Part shown: positions 44,891 through 56,570 of the stretch, one piece after another | Numbering within the stretch: the first letter of the stretch is position 1 | How the letters are laid out: each line of letters opens with the position of its first letter | Origin: the human T2T-CHM13v2.0 reference genome, Homo sapiens | Assembly (NCBI RefSeq): GCF_009914755.1 | Contig: NC_060947.1 | Length of the DNA: 64,000 nucleotides | Direction: 5' to 3' (one strand) | Translations under genes and position numbers: made by a program | Notes under the pieces: model-generated | Seen by the model: only the letters and a program-made list of their open reading frames with translations | Database searches by the model: none | Told to the model about the DNA's origin: nothing

Positions 44891-45416
44891 TGTGTTAGTC
44901 AGGGTTCCCTAGAGGAAAAGAACTAATAGGATAGATGGATACATAAAGGGGAGTTTATTAAGGAGTATTGACTCACAGGATAATGACTTCACAAGGTGAA
45001 GTCCCGCAATAGGCCACCTGCAAGCTGAGGAGCAAGGAAGCCAGTCTGAGTCCCAAAACACCAAAAGTAAGGGAGCCAACAGCGCAGCTTTCAGTCTGTG
45101 GTCAGAGGTCCAAGAGTCCAAAAGCTGAATAAATTGGAGTCCAGTGTTTGAGAGTAGGAAGCATCCAGCATGGGAGAAAGATGTAGGCTGGGAGACTAAG
45201 CCAGTCTAGTCCTTCCAGGTTCTTCTGCCTGCTTTTATCCCAGCAACATGGGAAGCTGATGAGATGGTGCCCACGAAGACTGAGTGTGGGTCTGCCTCTC
45301 CCAGTCCACTGACTCAAATGTTAATCTCCTCTGACAACACCCTCACAGACCCACCCAGGATCAATACTTTGCATCCTTCAATCCAATCAAGTTGACACTC
45401 AATATTGACCGTCACA
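44891..45416 (-). mobile_element. MLT2A2 solo LTR (HERV-L)
   Basis: tgtgttagtcagggttc...tcaatccaatcaagttgacactcaatattgaccgtcaca; perfect TSD CATAT. Confidence 0.92.
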
Positions 45417-45596
45417 CATATACTTACAGTACATGATGTTATGTTTTTATATATGTGTACTTTGTGAAATGATGTTAATGATCAAGCTAATTAACATGTC
45501 CACCACCTCACATACTTATCTGTGTGTGTGTGTGTGTGTGTGTATGTGGTGAGAACATCTATTCTCTTAGCAAACTTCAAGTATGTAATATAGTGT

Positions 45597-46196
45597 TTAG
45601 GCAGGATAGGTAGTTAAGAAAGTGACCATGTCCTGGGGATGCAGCAATCGTGGGGACTGTACAATCAACACAATAAGCCTCTGTATTGATATTGTGATTA
45701 AGCTCATTCAAGCAAACTATCTTCAGTAGGGACTTTACCCTGTACAGAGAATGCCCACTTTGATTTTACCTGTCATCAACTGACCCTTGGCTTGTTATAA
45801 TAGTAAAATACGTAACCATGGGTGGAGATTTAAGATGCTAATGAGACCTGCAATGAATGAACAAGCATGTGCAGCTACTGGGCATGTGCACCCAGAGGAC
45901 CACCCGGAATATGCTTACTGACAACACCTCTTCCCATCTCCTTATGAATCATCATGTAAGACTCCCATAAAGGGAGTTTCTCCAGCAATAATCAATACTG
46001 TCTCACCCTTAAGAGCAGCCCACCATGAATCCTCTCTTTCTTGGGATGTACTGTCTACTCTGCACTTAACTTTCAAAATATTCTTTTTCCTTTGCAATAA
46101 ATTACTCTATGCTGTATCTCCTTTGCTGTGCGTCTCTTGTTTAAATTCTTTTAAACTAAGAAGAGAAGAACAGAGGTCTCGCAGCAGCCATCAACA
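45597..46196 (+). mobile_element. LTR43-like ERV1 solo LTR (600 bp)
   Basis: aggcaggataggtagt...gggtggagatttaagatgctaatgagac...caataaa...ccatcaaca; perfect 4-bp TSD GTGT. Confidence 0.82.
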
Positions 46197-46311
46197 GTGT
46201 TATTAACCAGAGTCACCATGCAGTACACAGATCTCCAGAATTTATTCATCGTGCAGAACTGAAACTTAGGATCCTTTGGTCAGCATCTCCCTATGTCCCC
46301 CTCCCCTCCAT

Positions 46312-46379
46312 AATCTCCATTCTTGATTCAGTCCAGTGAAATCCACTTTGACTTCTGGTCTTCAGAAGTGTGTGTGTAT

Positions 46380-46410
<31 letters not shown>

Positions 46411-46543
46411 GTGAGAACATCTATTCCCTTAGCAAACTTCAAGTATGTAATATAGTGTTCAAAATGTAAGTTAATACATTTGTGTTGCTTTTAGCAACTA
46501 AGTCTGTGGTCATTTGTAAGAGGAGCTGCAAGAAACTAATATG
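46312..46543 (+). mobile_element. MLT1C/D 3' fragment interrupted by a ~90-bp insertion
   Basis: cttgattcagtccagtgaaatcc...gacttctggtcttcagaa, then tgtaagttaatacatttgtgttg...gaaactaata. Confidence 0.75.
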
Positions 46544-46667
46544 TGGCCAATTAGCATACGTTAAATTAAAGAACACATAGTGAGTGCTGTATGTTTGTGG
46601 GAGGTGGTCCATCCATTCCAGCACTCACACATACATCTACTGTCATGGAACCCATGGTCTTATAGGG

Positions 46668-47167
46668 CAGCAGTGCCCAATAAGGGCCCGGTTTCATGAA
46701 AGACAATTTTTCCACAGACTGGGGCCATGGGGGAGGGTGGTTTCAGAATGATTCAAGTGCATGACATTTATCGTGCACTTTATTTCTATCATTATTACAT
46801 TGTAATATATAATGAAATAATTATACAACTCATGAAAATGTCAAATCAGTGAGAGCTCTGAGCTTGTTTTCCTGCAACTAGACAGTCCCATCTGGGGGTG
46901 ATGAGAGACAATGACAGATCATCAGGCATTAGATTCTCATAAGGAGCACACAACCTAGTTTCCTCACATGTGCATTTCACAATGGGAGTTCCTATGAGAA
47001 TCTAATGCTGCTACTGATCTGACAGGAGATGGCGCTCAGGTGGTAATGTAAGTGATAGGGAGCAGCTGTAAATACAGATGAAGCTTCACTGCTTACTGGC
47101 TATGTGCCGGGGTTCCTAACAGGCCATGAACCAGTACTGGTCCATGACCAGGGTTTGAGGACACCTG
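46668..47167 (+). mobile_element. MER1A (hAT-Charlie) non-autonomous DNA transposon
   Basis: cag...ccggtttcatgaaagacaatttttccac...gcattagattctcataaggagc...gaggacacctg; degenerate 8-bp TSD ttataggg/ttatgggt. Confidence 0.92.
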
Positions 47168-47789
47168 TTATGGGTGTGTGTGGGTTGCCCCTAACTGTAT
47201 GTCTCAGTCATCTTGTGTAGCCTGGTAGTTACTGGTAAGCCTTCTTGTATGTCCACTGGACTAACCCAAGCCTCGGTTTTGGATGTTCTTCTATTTTTTG
47301 TGCTTTGTTGTTATTATTTTGGATATAGGGAAGTTTGACTTCATCTTTGTAGAAACTTTAGTGGAGAAACGGAGCACTGTGAGGAACGCTGAGTCATTTC
47401 CTCTTAATGAGGAATAGATGGGAAGTAGGGAGACTCCCTTCAAAGAGGGATGATTAATATCTGCATCTTGTTGATTTCAGGGTTATCTCTTTTGCTTCCC
47501 ATCCTCTAGGTGCACAGTGTCCATGTGGTGATATGTGGCAGCTGCAATTGGAAAAACACACAATGCTTCTCTTGTTTTTTAGGCACCATGCATCTGGAGA
47601 CCCACTCATATGGCTTCAAGGCTCTCTGCAAAGCCACAACCAGAAATACAATTGAGCCTCCGCAATGTGTTGCTTTCCATCGCCCCTTGTCTCCTATCCT
47701 TTCTCCTGACCCTAAAAACAGACAGAGAAAAAAATGAATAAATACACACTCACATGTTGGATGCAATAAAACAGTGATGACCAGTCTTC

Positions 47790-47860
47790 GCTAGTTCAGA
47801 CTGTTTTAACACAAAACCATAAACTCTGTGGATTATAAACAACAGAATTTATTGCTCACA
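47790..47860 (-). mobile_element. MLT1/MST LTR 3'-terminal fragment
   Basis: acaaaaccataaactctgtggattataaacaacagaatttattgctcaca. Confidence 0.6.
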
Positions 47861-48107
47861 TGGATAACTTTACTTGAAAGCGATTATAGCACTATATCAT
47901 TTTAGAGCAAAAAAGGGATTGTTGAAATGCATTTCAATCCCAGCAAGAGCCAAATAAACTAAAGGTCAAAGAGGAGAACTGTGTGGCTCACAATAAAGGA
48001 GGAACAATTCAATCAAGGACTAATACCCAGGACTCTGTTTTTCATATACTATGATGTTTCTCTTCCTTACTAGGGATAAACGTCTTCATAAACATTGTCA
48101 GAATTAT

Positions 48108-48403
48108 TCGTTTTGGAGGGATGAGGCAGGATCTCGCTCTGTCATTCAGGCTAGAGCACACTGATGTGATCATAGCTCACTGCAGCCTTGACCTCCTGGA
48201 CTCAAGCAGTGCTCCCGCCTCAGCCTCCCGGTAGCTGAGACTACAGGTGGGTGCCTCCACCACTGCCTAATTTAAAAAAAAATTGTTTACAGAAACAGTG
48301 TCCCACTGTGTCGCCCAGGCTGGTCTCAAACTCCTGGGCTCAAGCAATTGTCTTGCCTCGGCCTCCCAAAGTGCTGCGATTACAGGGGCCACCACGCCCA
48401 GCC
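48108..48403 (-). mobile_element. AluJ-type with degenerate tail
   Basis: gatcatagctcactgcagccttgacc; TSD ca(t/a)tgtcagaattat. Confidence 0.94.
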
Positions 48404-50710
48404 TCAATGTCAGAATTATGCTGTTGCCCAAAATTGCTTAATTCTTTATCGGTTTATTATGAGAACGAATGTCCTTTCTCCATCTATCAATATTCTTTTC
48501 ATGTATCTAAATGGGAGCCTTCTCAATTCTAAAATAATAGCACCTTCACATACAATAGTATAATCTCTTTTTGGTTAATATAGCATAATAAATCTTGCAA
48601 ACATATTAAGCTACTGGAGTGAAGTCTTACGATTTTCATTATTTCTAGTAACTGAGTCCATATTGATCGCAGACCTGAACACAATAATGACTTGTGGCCA
48701 AACAGGGTAGTTGTTCTTTGCCTGAATTTTCCAATGCTGTTTATCTTTTTAAGACCTAATTTGAATAGCTCCCTTAAAGTCTAATTTATTCAGTGGAATA
48801 TTTTAAATGGGATTAAATATGAATTAGGTACTCTGCCAGAATTATGGAACATTTTAGGCTTACACAGTACAATGCTAATGAAGCAGTATTTTAAACCCTT
48901 TTCCTTCTGGGTGCCGACTTATTTTAAATTTGATATTGCATGTAACCATTATGAGATTAGATGCTATATTTTGAAATTAGTTCTGTTGTTGTGGCAAATT
49001 CATATTGCTTGTAACTGAAAATTAGAGGTTCAGAGGTACACATTGATTAAACAATTTAAAACAATTAACAATGGATCTTCAGAACATTTTAAGGCTTAAT
49101 TGCATTATGAAAATTAATGCATCTTATATGCTAATATCTCACTTTATCAAATGATTATTGAATTTGGTACTCACCATGTTGATCTTTTAAGTAATAGCTG
49201 TGAAGTGATGGCAGTAATTTACTGAAGTGATTGAAATTAAGGGTAGGTATTTTCAAGAAAAACGAATGCTTTTGGTCACCAGGAGGGTGCCTACACATCA
49301 CAGCCATGTTCATTATTCATGCTGGACATCACGTCTGAGGGCGATGATTGCTATACACATGTAAACCCAAGGCAGTGTGCTAAAAATAACATTTTTATGC
49401 TTACACAGGAAGAAAAGGAGACTAAAGGTTAATAGACACAGGTCTCATTTGTGACTCAAAGGGGAGAGTTACTTTATACATGCCAGCCTTATATTCTTTA
49501 TATATGTGTATATTTGGTGGTTTATGGATTTATGGAATAAATGTTTTTTATTCTGCAAGTGGAATGTTTTCACATGCATCACCTCATTGATTCCCATGAA
49601 CATGTATGCACACACATATACACACACACCAATACACACAACACATTAGTCATGTGACCTACTCTGAAAAAACACATAATTCATGTCAGATATAAATATG
49701 AATACATGATGGTTAAATTGAGATAATCATCATTTTCCAAAGGAATATTTAATTTTCATCTTAGAAAATATAGATAGATCCAGAAGTACATAAAAACACA
49801 AATAAGGAAGGTAAAGAAAAATATATATGTATAGATACATAATCATCGATGATAAATATTTTCCAATTAAAACCTTTTATATAATAAGCCTATGCCAAAA
49901 TTGAATCTTAATGAATGAAATTTTGTGTAGTGGACTATAGTAGGACACTCATCCAAAATCTTACTATATCTGAGAACCTTTCTTCTCTACCTATATTATT
50001 TCTTAATTTTACTTTCAGACTAAAGGTTTAACTTGAATTTTCTCTACACTGTTTATGCTAGCCTGCATCTATTTTTTTGTATATTTTCTTTATTATCTGT
50101 TTATTTTGTGGTACCTTTGAGAATCTGGGGGGAGACTTCTGTTCAGGCCAGCAGAATTCTCAGTTTCTTATTTGATTATAAGGATTATATTAATAAACTG
50201 ATACTATGGGATTATATATCATCCTTTTTTGATGCTAGAATCTTCTAAAATCTTTATACTTTATATCACTTCATTAGATGTGAAAAATGGTACCTTTGTT
50301 CTACATTCTTTAACTGAAAATATCTAGAGATGTTTTATCAGCTTTCATAGAAATACACACCAACAAACATGGGTAAAGAATTATACTGAGGATTTAAAAA
50401 AAAAGATTGTAGCTTTCGGCAACTGTTTTATATATATACATGTTTGCAATTTGCCATTTCAATTGATTTACACACACGTCTCCTAGTGCATAGCACAGTT
50501 GCTTTGATTTTAATCTGGATGAGTTTAAACTCTTCAGCAGCTACTGTGAGTGGGCTGCGAGAGTCAGTAAGCAAGAGGAATGCGTAGAAAGAAAGAAAAA
50601 TGGTTACTAGCCCATGGGGAACTCTCAAGAAACCTTAGCTTTTATTCTTTATCTCCTTTCCCTCTTACTCTAACTGGTTCTCCTATCATCATACGCAATG
50701 TGTGCCAGAG

Positions 50711-51117
50711 TGTATTATTGCAAACATAACTTGACCCGTCATTACCAGGAATTTCCCATGCAAGAATGATACTCCCCGTCCCATTAAAGCCAGGCATGAT
50801 CTTACTTACAGCTTGCTCTGGTCACTGAAATGTGAGTGGAAATGACATACTCTGTTTCCAAGCAGGCATTCTGGGAGCCACTGCCTTAGTTCCGCCTACT
50901 TCTCACCCTTTGCTCTGCAAGAAGAATGGCCATGTCAAAGATGCACACTCATCGTTCAGCCTGGGAAGGTAGCTTGTGAAAGGCAAGACACAGGACACGA
51001 GTTGACCTCTGGCTAACATGTATTCTGCAAGAGAATGAAATGCATTGTCCTGGGATACGATGATTGCTTTCTAGTAGCTTTTAATTATAGTGTAGTATTG
51101 AAAAGCTGGAAAATACA
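50711..51117 (+). mobile_element. MLT1I/J-type old MaLR LTR
   Basis: ttgctctggtcactgaaatgtgagtggaaatgaca...ttcagcctggg...aagctggaaaataca. Confidence 0.7.
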
Positions 51118-51244
51118 AGTGAGTATTCCATATCACATCCCATGCTATAGCTTATGGAAACATTGTGCTATTGACCGGATTTTTAGACTTTTGTTCTGAA
51201 TTCTTATTTCCAAAAAATGCTGGGCAATTTGCCTGCATAGACAT

Positions 51245-51604
51245 TGTTTTCATTTGTTCTCATGCTGCTAATAAAGACACGCCTGAGACTGGGTAATTTA
51301 CAAAGGAAAGAGGTTTAATGGACTCACAGTTCCACATGGCTGGGGAGGCCTCACAATCGTGGCAGAAGGGCAAGGGACATCTTACATGGCAGCAGGCAAG
51401 AGAGAGTGAGAGCCAAGCAAAAGGGGAAACCCCATACAGAACCATCAGATCTTTTGAGATATATTCACTACCAAGAGAACAGTATGAAGGAAACCGACCC
51501 CATGATTCAATTATCTCCCACTGGGTCCCTCTCACAACACGTGGGAATTATGGGAGCTACAATTCAAGATGAGATATGGGTGGGGACACAACAAAACCAC
51601 TTCA
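51245..51604 (-). mobile_element. THE1C solo LTR
   Basis: gttctcatgctgctaataaagac...gagccaagcaaaaggggaaacccc...gggtggggacaca; perfect TSD GACAT. Confidence 0.94.
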
Positions 51605-51645
51605 GACATCTTTGAACTACAGTCATGGTATGTTGGTAGGGTATA

Positions 51646-52803
51646 CAGCAGATCCTCGAATAATCTTTCATTTAAATGTCATTTTATTACAACATTGATG
51701 AGAGGGGGTCTAAAGAAAGTTGATTCCAGGTAGGGCTACTGTCTGTGTGGGTTTTGCATGTTGACCCCATTTTTTGTGGGTTTTCTCCAAGTGTCCTGGT
51801 TTCCTCTTGTATCCCAAGGATGTGCACTTTAGGTTCATTGGTGTGTCTACATAGTTCCATTGTGGATGTGGGTGCCTGTGAGTGTGCCCTGCAATGCAAT
51901 GGCATCCTGTCCGTGGCTGGTTCCCTCCTAGAACACTGAGCAGTTGGGAAAATCTCCAGCCACCTGAGACCCTGAACTTGAATAAGTAGATTGGAAAATA
52001 AATGAATGAATACAACTTACTGTAAAATAAAATTTTTTAAGTCTATGATAATCATCCAAATGTACAACAATTACCTCTGTGGTACAAAATGCTTGGTGAG
52101 CTGCTGTATTTGTGATCATTTGCTTTTGGATTGCTTGGTGGTGGAGGAAGAATCGCCTGACAATTTTCACTTGGCAAACATTTATTCCTTGAATTAACCC
52201 ACCAGCACTATGACCACCGTCACTCATTGGCTCACTAAAAATTGGGTAAATAATTATCTTGTTTTATTAATCTTTCTTAAATATATGTTTATCTCACATG
52301 TATTTCAATGTTTAATATTACAAGTGTAAAAAGTCCTTATCTAGAAGTTTGACGATGTTTTGGGGACCAGAAATATACCTTAGGAACTTAACTCTTGTTT
52401 ATATGAATCACCTTAAGAGAAAATTGGTTTCTTTTTCCTTTCTTTTTCCTTTTTTGGGACATGGTCTCACTCTGTCACCCAGGCTGGAGTGCAGTGGTAC
52501 AATGTCAGCTCACTGCAGCCTCTACTTCCTGGGCTCTAGCAATCCTCCACCTCCGCCTCCCAAGTAGCTGGGACTATAGCTGTGCACAACCACACCCGGT
52601 TAATTTTGAAATATTTTTTGTAGAGATGAGGTCTCACTATGTTGCTCACACTGGTCTCGAACTCCTGGGCTTGGCCTTCTAAAGTGCTGGGATTACAGGC
52701 ATGAGCAACCACTCCCGGCCAGAATTGGTTTCTTTATACATTGTTTGGCTTAAAGTCTCTGTTTCCGGGAACCTGTTCACAATTTTAAGTGAAGACTTCA
52801 TTG
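51646..52803 (+). mobile_element. MER6 (TcMar-Tigger) element, near full-length, split by an Alu
   Basis: TA-cagcagatcctcgaataa...taagtgaagacttcattg-TA termini; MER6 internal sequence. Confidence 0.88.
52435..52720 (-). mobile_element. AluJ-type inside MER6
   Basis: TSD aattggtttcttt. Confidence 0.94.
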
Positions 52804-53459
52804 TAATCCTGAAAGTAGAAAAGGAGAAAAAGCTGAAAGTATAAACAGAGCCAAGTGTATGCAATAAATTTTGATAGATCTGCAGAAATATCCAAATATA
52901 TTGCAAGCTGATAAAAGTACCAAAGGGATATTGAAGTTAACCTACTTCTTCCTGCAGAATGGAACACACTCTCTGTTTACATTCCTGTTAGGCGTATTCA
53001 CCTTGAAAAGTTCCCAGGAGTATAATCACCATACACATAAAATACAAAGGATGGAAATCACTCTCATGGGGCCATTTTCCAGGACTTTCCTATGAAACAT
53101 GATATCCAGGCACACTTAAGGCAGTTACGTGACTCTGTTGTGGTTTATTAAGATTATAAAAGCAATAGAAGATCAGAGAATAAAGTGTCCAATAAAATAG
53201 CTGTTTTCATGAATAGCCTACCTCAATATACTAGAGAAAAATACGAAGAAGTCAGTGGCCACTTATATGGCCATTAAAGTAGTTGCATCATTAAAGTAAA
53301 AAGGATTAATTTGGCATTAAGTTGGCTATTAACAGATATGAATTTGTGCTTTCTGTTATAAATTATATATTAAAAATTATAATAATACAAATAAAATAAT
53401 ACAGACTATATTAATCAATGTATCAATATTTAAATAATATAATGTATATTAATATAGTA

Positions 53460-53538
53460 TTAGGTTGGTGCAAAAGCAATGGCAGTTTTTGCATTACTTT
53501 TAATAACAAAAACCACGATGACCTTTGCACCAACCTAA
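53460..53538. mobile_element. MADE1 MITE (Hsmar1-derived)
   Basis: ttaggttggtgcaaa...tttgcaccaacctaa inverted repeat, 79 bp, TA TSD. Confidence 0.95.
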
Positions 53539-53825
53539 TAAAATATTGCAATTTTAATTAGATGTTACAAATTATGTATTGACATAATTTATCCTTTATT
53601 AAAATAATTAGCTCTTATAAAAACATCAATTTATTTACATTTTATTATCCCACTTCTTTTAAAACCTTTAAATGCCTTAAATTTCTAAGCCCGCTATTCT
53701 GCAACAAATTTACTCCATAATAGATTAGAAATAACAAAACACAAATATGTATAAATACATGATGTGTGAGTGCATATACTGCAGGGGTGAGTTGTATCAT
53801 TGGACATATTTTAGCCGTAACTTAT

Positions 53826-54454
<629 letters not shown>

Positions 54455-55454
54455 CCAGCAATTTCTTATATTTCATACCTTTAAAGTAATCACCCAAGTA
54501 TATAAGAATTTATAAAATTCAAAGGTAAAATTAGTGAATAATAAAACACCTTATAATATGTAAACCTCCGCTATCTATTTATTTGTTAAATACATTCCAT
54601 GATTAAGTAGTGGATATACAATAATCAGAGTGGAACTCAGCAAGGACCCCCAAAAATAAAATAATGGGAAAAAATGGTTTGCTATTGTTCGGTGTTAAGT
54701 TAAGGCACTTTCTTGCCAATCACAGGAGCAGTAACTTCAAAATTAATGTCAAATACATGAGGCATCATATCAGGATTGGCAAAAATTTTAAATTGTAAGT
54801 AATTATTTTATTAAATAATGTTCATATCTCACATTTTAAAACGACATATTTTTGTGAGGTTCATAAAACTAAGTATGTTTGGGGTTTCTCTGTCTGCTTT
54901 AACATTTTTAAGTATAATTCTTCAGTCATTCATATCCATTTAATCAAGAGGACCTTCTGGTTCAGGTAGATTAAATGAAGCATCGGAAACAAAAAACTGC
55001 TACACATCGACTAAAATGATTCATCGCCTGGTGAGTAGGGGAGCCAACATGTCAGCCATGCCATGTATATTCAATGCTACCCCAAACCAGGAGTCACGTC
55101 ACTTTGCTATGGCACATAAAGGCCCTTAGACCATTGAAGACAATCGGTCCAAAATGCCCTATAGCTGGAGAGAATGAAGTAACTCAGTGATGACTGACAT
55201 ACCGAAAAGAAACATGATAGGAATTGAGCAATTCCAAGGAGTCCAGACACTCCAGAAAGATGTTGGAAGGCATGAATAACCTATTTGATGAACCAAATCC
55301 CTGCAGTTTGTACTTTCACCTTTTCACTGCTTACCATGAACGGGGCTCATCTTAGCTAAAATGTCAATATAAAATTTTTATGGGAAAATATCGTGTCATG
55401 ATTTTCCTTAGAACCCTCAAATTGTTTATGAATAAGTTTTAACACTGAAAACAT

Positions 55455-55994
55455 CATTTATATATATTTATATACATTATATTTTATATATTATATATTA
55501 ATATATATTATTTATATAAATATGTTGTATAAAATATAAGTATTCATATATATTTCACTATATATAAATATATGACATCTATAAATATATATTTATAGAT
55601 AGTTCACTATCTATAAATATATACAACATATATAAATATATAAATAAAAATGTATATGCACATTTTTATACATAAATTTTATATTGAAGTGTATATATTT
55701 ATAGATCTTATATATAAATGTATAACATCTATATATATCTATAGGTGTTACATATAGATATCTATATATAACATCTATATATCTATAGCTATTATAGATG
55801 TTAAATATATTATATATAATAAATATATTTACTATATATAATACATATATTACTATATAAAAATATATGTATTATATAATAAATATATTTACTGTATAAA
55901 AATATTTGCTATATATAATAAATATATTTACAGTAAAATATATAAAAATATATTTACTATATATAGTAAATGCTTATATATATATATATATATA
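55455..55994. repeat. ~540-bp (TA)-rich low-complexity tract ending in (TA)n
   Basis: Read directly. Confidence 0.95.
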
Positions 55995-56570
55995 TGCAAA
56001 AATAAAATTTAAAGACCCCTCTAACCATCTGAATGGATCCCTCCTCTTAGCCAAGGTCATTCCAGAGTGAACCTGAAAAACTGGTTCAAGCCATGATGGA
56101 AGAGGGGGTAGACATGCCTCATTATACCCCTCCAGCATTAACATCAACACAGATCTTAAGTATAAGAAATATATATAATCTATTCTATCTCTGAGGCCTG
56201 CTACCTGGAGGCTTCATCTGTATGATAAAACCTTGGTCTCTACAACCCCTTATCTTAACCCAGACATTCCTTTCTACTGATAATAACTCTTTCAATCAAT
56301 TGCCAATCAGAAAAATGTTAAATCTACATATGACCTGGAAACCCCCACTTCCAGTTCTCCTGCCCTTCCAGATTGAACCGATGTACATCTTACATGCATG
56401 GATTGATGTCTTATGTCTCCTTAAAATGTATAAAACCAATCTGTGCTCTAACCACCTTGGGCACACGTCATCAGGACCTCCTGAGGCTGTGTCACAGACA
56501 TGTCCATAACCTTGGCAAAATAAACTTTCTAAATTGACTGAGACCTGTCACAGATATTTTGGGCTCACTA
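55995..56570 (+). mobile_element. MER4B-type ERV1 solo LTR
   Basis: aaccatctgaatgga...aacctgaaaaact...accaccttgggcaca...tcaggacctcctgaggctgtgtcac...aaaataaactttctaaattga. Confidence 0.9.

Larger units (their letters stand above)
44843..46310 (-). mobile_element. L1MA-type 3' end split by MLT2A2 and an LTR43-like LTR
   Basis: Collinear L1 pieces at 44843-44890, 45417-45596 and 46197-46310. Confidence 0.85.
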
